Source of the DNA: Convolutriloba macropyga
Taxonomy: Eukaryota
Assembly: GCF_964194025.1 (NCBI RefSeq)
Contig: NC_134476.1
Coordinates: 12,338,001 to 12,402,000, forward strand
Direction: 5' to 3'
DNA: 64,000 nucleotides
Part shown: positions 61,001-64,000 of the stretch, piece after piece
How positions within the stretch are numbered: position 1 is the first letter of the stretch
How the letters are laid out: each line of letters begins with the position of its first letter
The notes under the pieces: model-generated
Databases searched by the model: none
What the model saw: only the letters and a program-made list of their open reading frames with translations
Told to the model about the DNA's origin: nothing
Program-made: the position numbers and the translations under genes

Positions 61001-63742
61001 ATTTTTGATAAAAAGCAATAAAAGTTAGCGAAAGGCCGTCAAACTGTTAGTTCAAATGTTTTCATAGAAATCAGAGTTGAAAATGGCCCTATTTGTGTAA
61101 GCGATAATCTTTTCCTCGTTCTTTTTGTGTTTGCTAGCAGTCAATTTGAATAAAAAAGGATAAAGAGTTATATTTTGATCCATTTTTTATGAAAAGTGAC
61201 AAATATGTTAATTTTTCAAAAAAAAAAACTAGGAAAAAAGTTGCTTAAAACAATTGACTGAACAAAAAACCCAGTTGAACTTATAGTTCCTTCCCACTAA
61301 AGTGGGTCGGAACAACTACCGTTAAAAAAGTCTGGTCGTAAAATTGAACCATGACCCAAAAAAATAGTCGATCCCCTACTACTTTTTTAGGGTTTTATTA
61401 GAAATCCTATCGCATCAAGTCTTCAACATTTCTCCTCAAACCTTCAAAATTTCCTACAAGGTCCTACGTTCGTTTTCAGTTCTCAATCGGTAATGACCTT
61501 TCTTATAACCTAACAGCCTATTATTTTTCCCTAATGCAGCTTTGCAGCATCTACTGGCTGTACGAAAAGCTGATATCTCCCATTAAAACATTCACGAGCA
61601 CATTTTAAAATGCCGAAAGTCAGCAGTGCCAGAGGTTAAAATGCCATAAGTTGCTACTTAGCCAGAAGTTGAATTTCGTTGGCTTTCGTCATTTTAAAAC
61701 GTGCGCGTTTAATGTTTTAAGCATGGTTATATGACTCTGCAGAAGTCACTTCGAAATTCAGACTTAAAATCTCGAACCACTTCGCGGTTCTCGATAAACG
61801 CCAAAAGTTCTCAGTGACTTCAAGCAGAGTCACTAAACCATTACTTAAAGCATCCCCATAAAATTATAGTCACTGTTATGGTACATTGACGGTTATGAGG
61901 GCGGGCTATGCGTAATTTGGTCATTAAGCGTGTGGTTAGGGCCATAATAGGAAAATTACCAAGAAAACTGATAGGGGGTCTATTCAAGCTCAACTACTGT
62001 GAAAATGGACCAGTACTGGATTCGAACCAGCGTCTCTTACCTGCAAGCCTAGTGTGCTACCCATTTACACCAACTGGTCTTGGCTCTCGAACTTGGGCAT
62101 CTCTTATAACCCGTTCTCACGCTCTTTCTTGTTCCTCGAGGCTTCATTTCTCTAGCCAAGTATACGTTGAACAAGTAGAGCTTCTTGTCAAGCTATGTGA
62201 AGCTTATCTCATGCACAGTTTACATTAGGTTGTTCTCTCTCAACCTTCTAACAAAAACATTTTGAAAGAAGTAAATCAAGAGTAACTAGCAAGCCCGCAA
62301 AAGCATCACAAAATCATATCCGAGCAGGTTTTAAAAAATATAGGATTTTTTCGTGGCAACTCGGGCTCGAACCCATGCCCCTCTTTTAACAGCCACAGCT
62401 CTTGCTTCTTAGGCTACCGACGCGTATATTTGGCGTCCATTACCTTATTTAAGAGCAAATTTTTGTTAAGCGACAATTTTGGCTTTGCTGTAATTAAGGT
62501 GCGCTATGTTAAACGAGCGCAATGAATTAGCATAAACCGAGCTTCTAAACCAAAACTTCTACAACAAAAGACAACCAAATCCCAAAATTATTTCAGAGTA
62601 CATTTCAGAGTATATTTCAGAGATCCTTTTCCTCCCCTACTTGGGCTCGAACCCATGTCCCTCGCTTGACAGCTATAGCTCGATTCCATTGCTACATAAG
62701 CAAAATTTTTATCAATGTCTTTTTTGTTTCGCGTGTTTTTGCTAAGCCGTATGCTAATGCAGAGCAGGCTCCTAGGCATGATTGTGTGGGATGCATTCTT
62801 AAGGATCGCTAAAACATGTGAACATAGGAGCGCTGCTAAACATTGCGTTCAAGTGCGACTAAGACGAAAAATATTGGTCGATGGCTTTTTGTCTCGCTTG
62901 TTTTTGCTAAGCCGTATGCTTAATGAGCAAAAAAAACATTTACAGATCAGGCACCTAAGCATGGTCGTGTAGGCTGCATGTTTAAGGATCGTTAAAACAT
63001 GTGAAGATAGGAGCGTCGTTAACCACTGCGTTCAAGTGCGACTTACATTTACTATATTAGATAAAGAAGAATAAATTAGAAGGGAAAGAAAGAAGGGCGC
63101 GAGAAGGAAACACAGTAGTGGATGAAAAACAAGATTCTACATTTTTGAGACAAAAAAAGAGGCCATATTTTGCACCGACTCGGTCTCGAACCTATGCCCC
63201 TCGCTTCACAGACACAGGTGTAATCCCTTGCACTACCGACGCCTGATACTGTTGTCTATCCCTAGTGGCTACATACGAATATTGGTCGATGGCTTTTTGT
63301 CTCGATTGTTTTTGCTCAGCCGTATGCTTGATGAGCAAAAGAACCTTTACAGATCAGGCACTTAAGCATGGTCGTGTAGGCTGCATGTTTCAGGATCGCT
63401 AAAACACGTGAAGATAGGAGCGTTGTTAACCATTGCGTTCAAGTGCGACTTACATTTAATAAATTAGATAATTGCAGTTTGAGTTAAACTGAATGAGATG
63501 TTTCCAGATATCAAAACCGGATCAAGGCACTGTGCGGCAGAGTTGGCCAGTTATGTCGGGTGGTGTGTCCTCGTGTTGTAATAAGATCTGGCCAGACAAT
63601 CGTGAGGAGCCGTGACGTCAGCATGTCTCCTCTCAGTGGAGTGGGGGGAGGGGGCAGAACGAGTTACAGTCACTTGACAGCCCAGAAGAAATATAGCAAT
63701 GTCAACACAAAGACGTCATCTTACAACGTCTCTCAATTATAA
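35975..63742 (+). CDS. Multi-exon class A (rhodopsin-like) peptide GPCR, urotensin-II/MCH/somatostatin-receptor-like, 5'-partial. Model: join(35975 or 35978..36062, 46223..46474, 51569..51937, 57876..58079, 63508..63742)
   Basis: The joined exons give one open frame: end of TM2 (PIILYIYVN), C3.25 and TM3 (CQLYNSMDVLCMSFSVNILVIMSFERY), TM4 (ISSP), ECL2 Cys, TM5 (FFIPGGLISTCY), TM6 (CFLP), TM7 (MNPILY) and helix 8 (NRYQNRIKALC). Internal exons are 252, 369 and 204 nt, all multiples of 3, and all introns are phase 2. Confidence 0.8.
36461..39387 (+). mobile_element. Non-autonomous Helentron/HINE-like element, complete copy (~2.9 kb)
   Basis: 5' end TTTTGTTCCGACCCCAC-TT-GTGGG..GGAAC (subTIR plus partial inverted copy). 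3' end GGGGTCGGAAC (39342-39352), perfect palindrome ATGTGCGTACGCACAT (39356-39371) and TACCGATTCTCTTT tail. No TSD, T-rich ends, no ORF. Confidence 0.8.
40690..42723 (-). mobile_element. HINE-like element, inverted copy, 3' end not found
   Basis: The reverse complement begins TTGTTCCGACCCACTTTAGTGGGGGAGGAAC. Collinear similarity to 36461-38850 is traceable to ~40690. Confidence 0.75.
43627..45645 (+). mobile_element. HINE-like element, complete diverged copy (~2.0 kb)
   Basis: TGTTCCGACCC at 43631; GGGGTCGGAACA at 45599-45610; decayed palindrome ATGTCCGATAGCACAT; TACCGATTCTCCTT tail. Confidence 0.78.
46223..46474 (+). CDS. GPCR exon: TM3 (ERY motif), ICL2, TM4
   Basis: Lies within ORF 46191..46505 and carries LGCQLYNSMDV...MSFERY...ISSPMF. 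Acceptor is TTTTTTAG at 46222 (alternative TTTAG at 46251). The 3' boundary is inferred from the GC donor ATCAG|GCAGTT. Confidence 0.85.
46612..46680 (+). repeat. Decayed tRNA-derived head
   Basis: TGGTGCAACGGAAGCA (A box) and AGTTCGAGTCC (B box) at tRNA spacing. Confidence 0.4.
48651..51492 (+). mobile_element. HINE-like element (~2.8 kb) with a small 5' deletion
   Basis: TGTTCCGA at 48651, then the shared 5' block (GTTCAGACAATTTTGG..CGATCGATATAA). 3' end GGGGTCGGAAC 51446-51456 and palindrome 51460-51475. Collinear with 37400-39387. Confidence 0.8.
51569..51937 (+). CDS. GPCR exon: long N/S/T-rich ECL2, TM5, ICL3
   Basis: Lies within ORF 51570..52031: IRCVTGF, then YYEVFIYFAIFFIPGGLISTCYMLLV. 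Acceptor TTTCTATTATCAG at 51568; donor ACCAG|GTATGG at 51937. Confidence 0.85.
52333..54110. repeat. Older composite direct repeats (period ~1.23 kb with nested 0.2-0.4 kb subunits)
   Basis: TCACATAGCAAC..TTTTACG at ~52337 and ~53564. Subunits ATGGCATGACAATGTGTATCAAATAG and ATCTAACTGATAT recur 3-4 times. Confidence 0.85.
55047..55080. repeat. (GT)n microsatellite
   Basis: GT dinucleotide run. Confidence 0.93.
55360..57290. repeat. Diverged tandem duplication, 2 x ~990 bp
   Basis: AATCTAGACAGGTATGTT.GAACATACTGTGCTACGCACAGA and TATGAACAATATGCTCCAGA occur about 988 bp apart. Confidence 0.9.
57876..58079 (+). CDS. GPCR exon: TM6, ECL3, TM7 (NPxxY)
   Basis: Acceptor TTTTAAAG at 57875 is in phase with the previous donor. 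Reads VRQIKRLSRMVLIIISCYMVCFLPF...TYLNASMNPILYTFLSN. Confidence 0.9.
58157..58270. repeat. Short GGAAAAAAACCCCAC-type repeats, probable DNA-transposon terminus
   Basis: CGGTTTCGGAAAAAAAAACCAC followed by about five degenerate 14-16-bp units. Confidence 0.5.
60700..61315 (-). mobile_element. HINE-like element, 5' part, inverted
   Basis: The reverse complement begins TTGTTCCGACCCACTTTAGTGGGAAGGAACTAT. An internal GAGTGAAGCTCAT match lies near 60740. Left limit uncertain. Confidence 0.65.
62006..62079 (-). pseudogene. tRNA-like Pol III element (pseudo-tRNA or SINE head), nominal anticodon TGC
   Basis: GACCAGT/ACTGGTC acceptor stem, GTGT/GCAC D-stem, GCTGG-TTCGAAT-CCAGT T-arm and a TTTT terminator. 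The anticodon stem has two mismatches. Confidence 0.7.
62714..63470. repeat. Three ~150-190-bp direct repeats interleaved with tRNA-like heads
   Basis: TTTTTGCT.AGCCGTATGCT...TGCGTTCAAGTGCGACT at ~62735, ~62900 and ~63310. Confidence 0.85.
63172..63242 (-). repeat. tRNA-derived SINE-like head (related decayed copies at ~62353-62423 and ~62635-62700)
   Basis: Reverse complement GCGTCGGTAGTGCAAGG...GGTTCGAGACC...TCGGTGC has A box and B box at tRNA spacing. Confidence 0.6.
63508..63742 (+). CDS. GPCR terminal exon: helix 8 and Ser/Thr-rich C-tail
   Basis: Acceptor TTTCCAG at 63507. The frame YQNRIKALCGRVGQLCRVVCP...SSYNVSQL* is continuous with ORF 63560..63742 and gives an amphipathic helix 8 followed by Cys residues. 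It is a higher-GC island within AT-rich DNA. Confidence 0.7.
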
Positions 63743-64000
63743 ACAACACACAGCTTAGAGTGAAGCAGCTAATCTTATGATGCTCTTTTTCAATACATAG
63801 AAACTGGATATCAGTTATACAATATTTGGATTAACTGACGACAAAAGATCTCGAGAAATGAATGAGATCATTTCTGATTCCCCCCCCCCCCTCCCAACCG
63901 GTTCAAATTTAACCGCGAAATAGTGCACGAATTACGGTGAGTTGTTCGCATACATTAATGGGGAAATGTTCCCCACGGGAGCAGTTCCTAGATGGTTAAA

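Overview
AT-rich, repeat-dense eukaryotic (invertebrate-animal-like) genomic DNA with two assembly gaps (4280-4609, 18841-19195). There is no prokaryotic-type content. (1) A spliced class A (rhodopsin-like) peptide GPCR gene lies on the + strand and resembles the urotensin-II/MCH/somatostatin receptor group. I reconstruct five coding exons between ~35975 and 63742; the N-terminus, TM1 and early TM2 were not found. All four reconstructed introns are phase 2 and follow an exonic CAG, and two appear to use GC donors with almost no intronic consensus. (2) A full-length Ty3/gypsy (Mag-like) LTR retrotransposon lies on the - strand (19936-26813, CCGGG target-site duplication). Its single gag-pol frame is broken by two nonsense changes and one frameshift, and its start codon is formed by the LTR end plus the PBS. 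(3) There are at least six copies of a 2-3 kb non-coding element with Helentron/HINE (DINE-1-like) terminal architecture. (4) Other repeats include overlapping recent tandem duplications at 5.1-15.6 kb, older ones at 52-57 kb, several foldback/MITE-like palindromes, a cluster of tRNA-like Pol III heads, and microsatellites. All alignments and identities were judged by eye; no searches were run.
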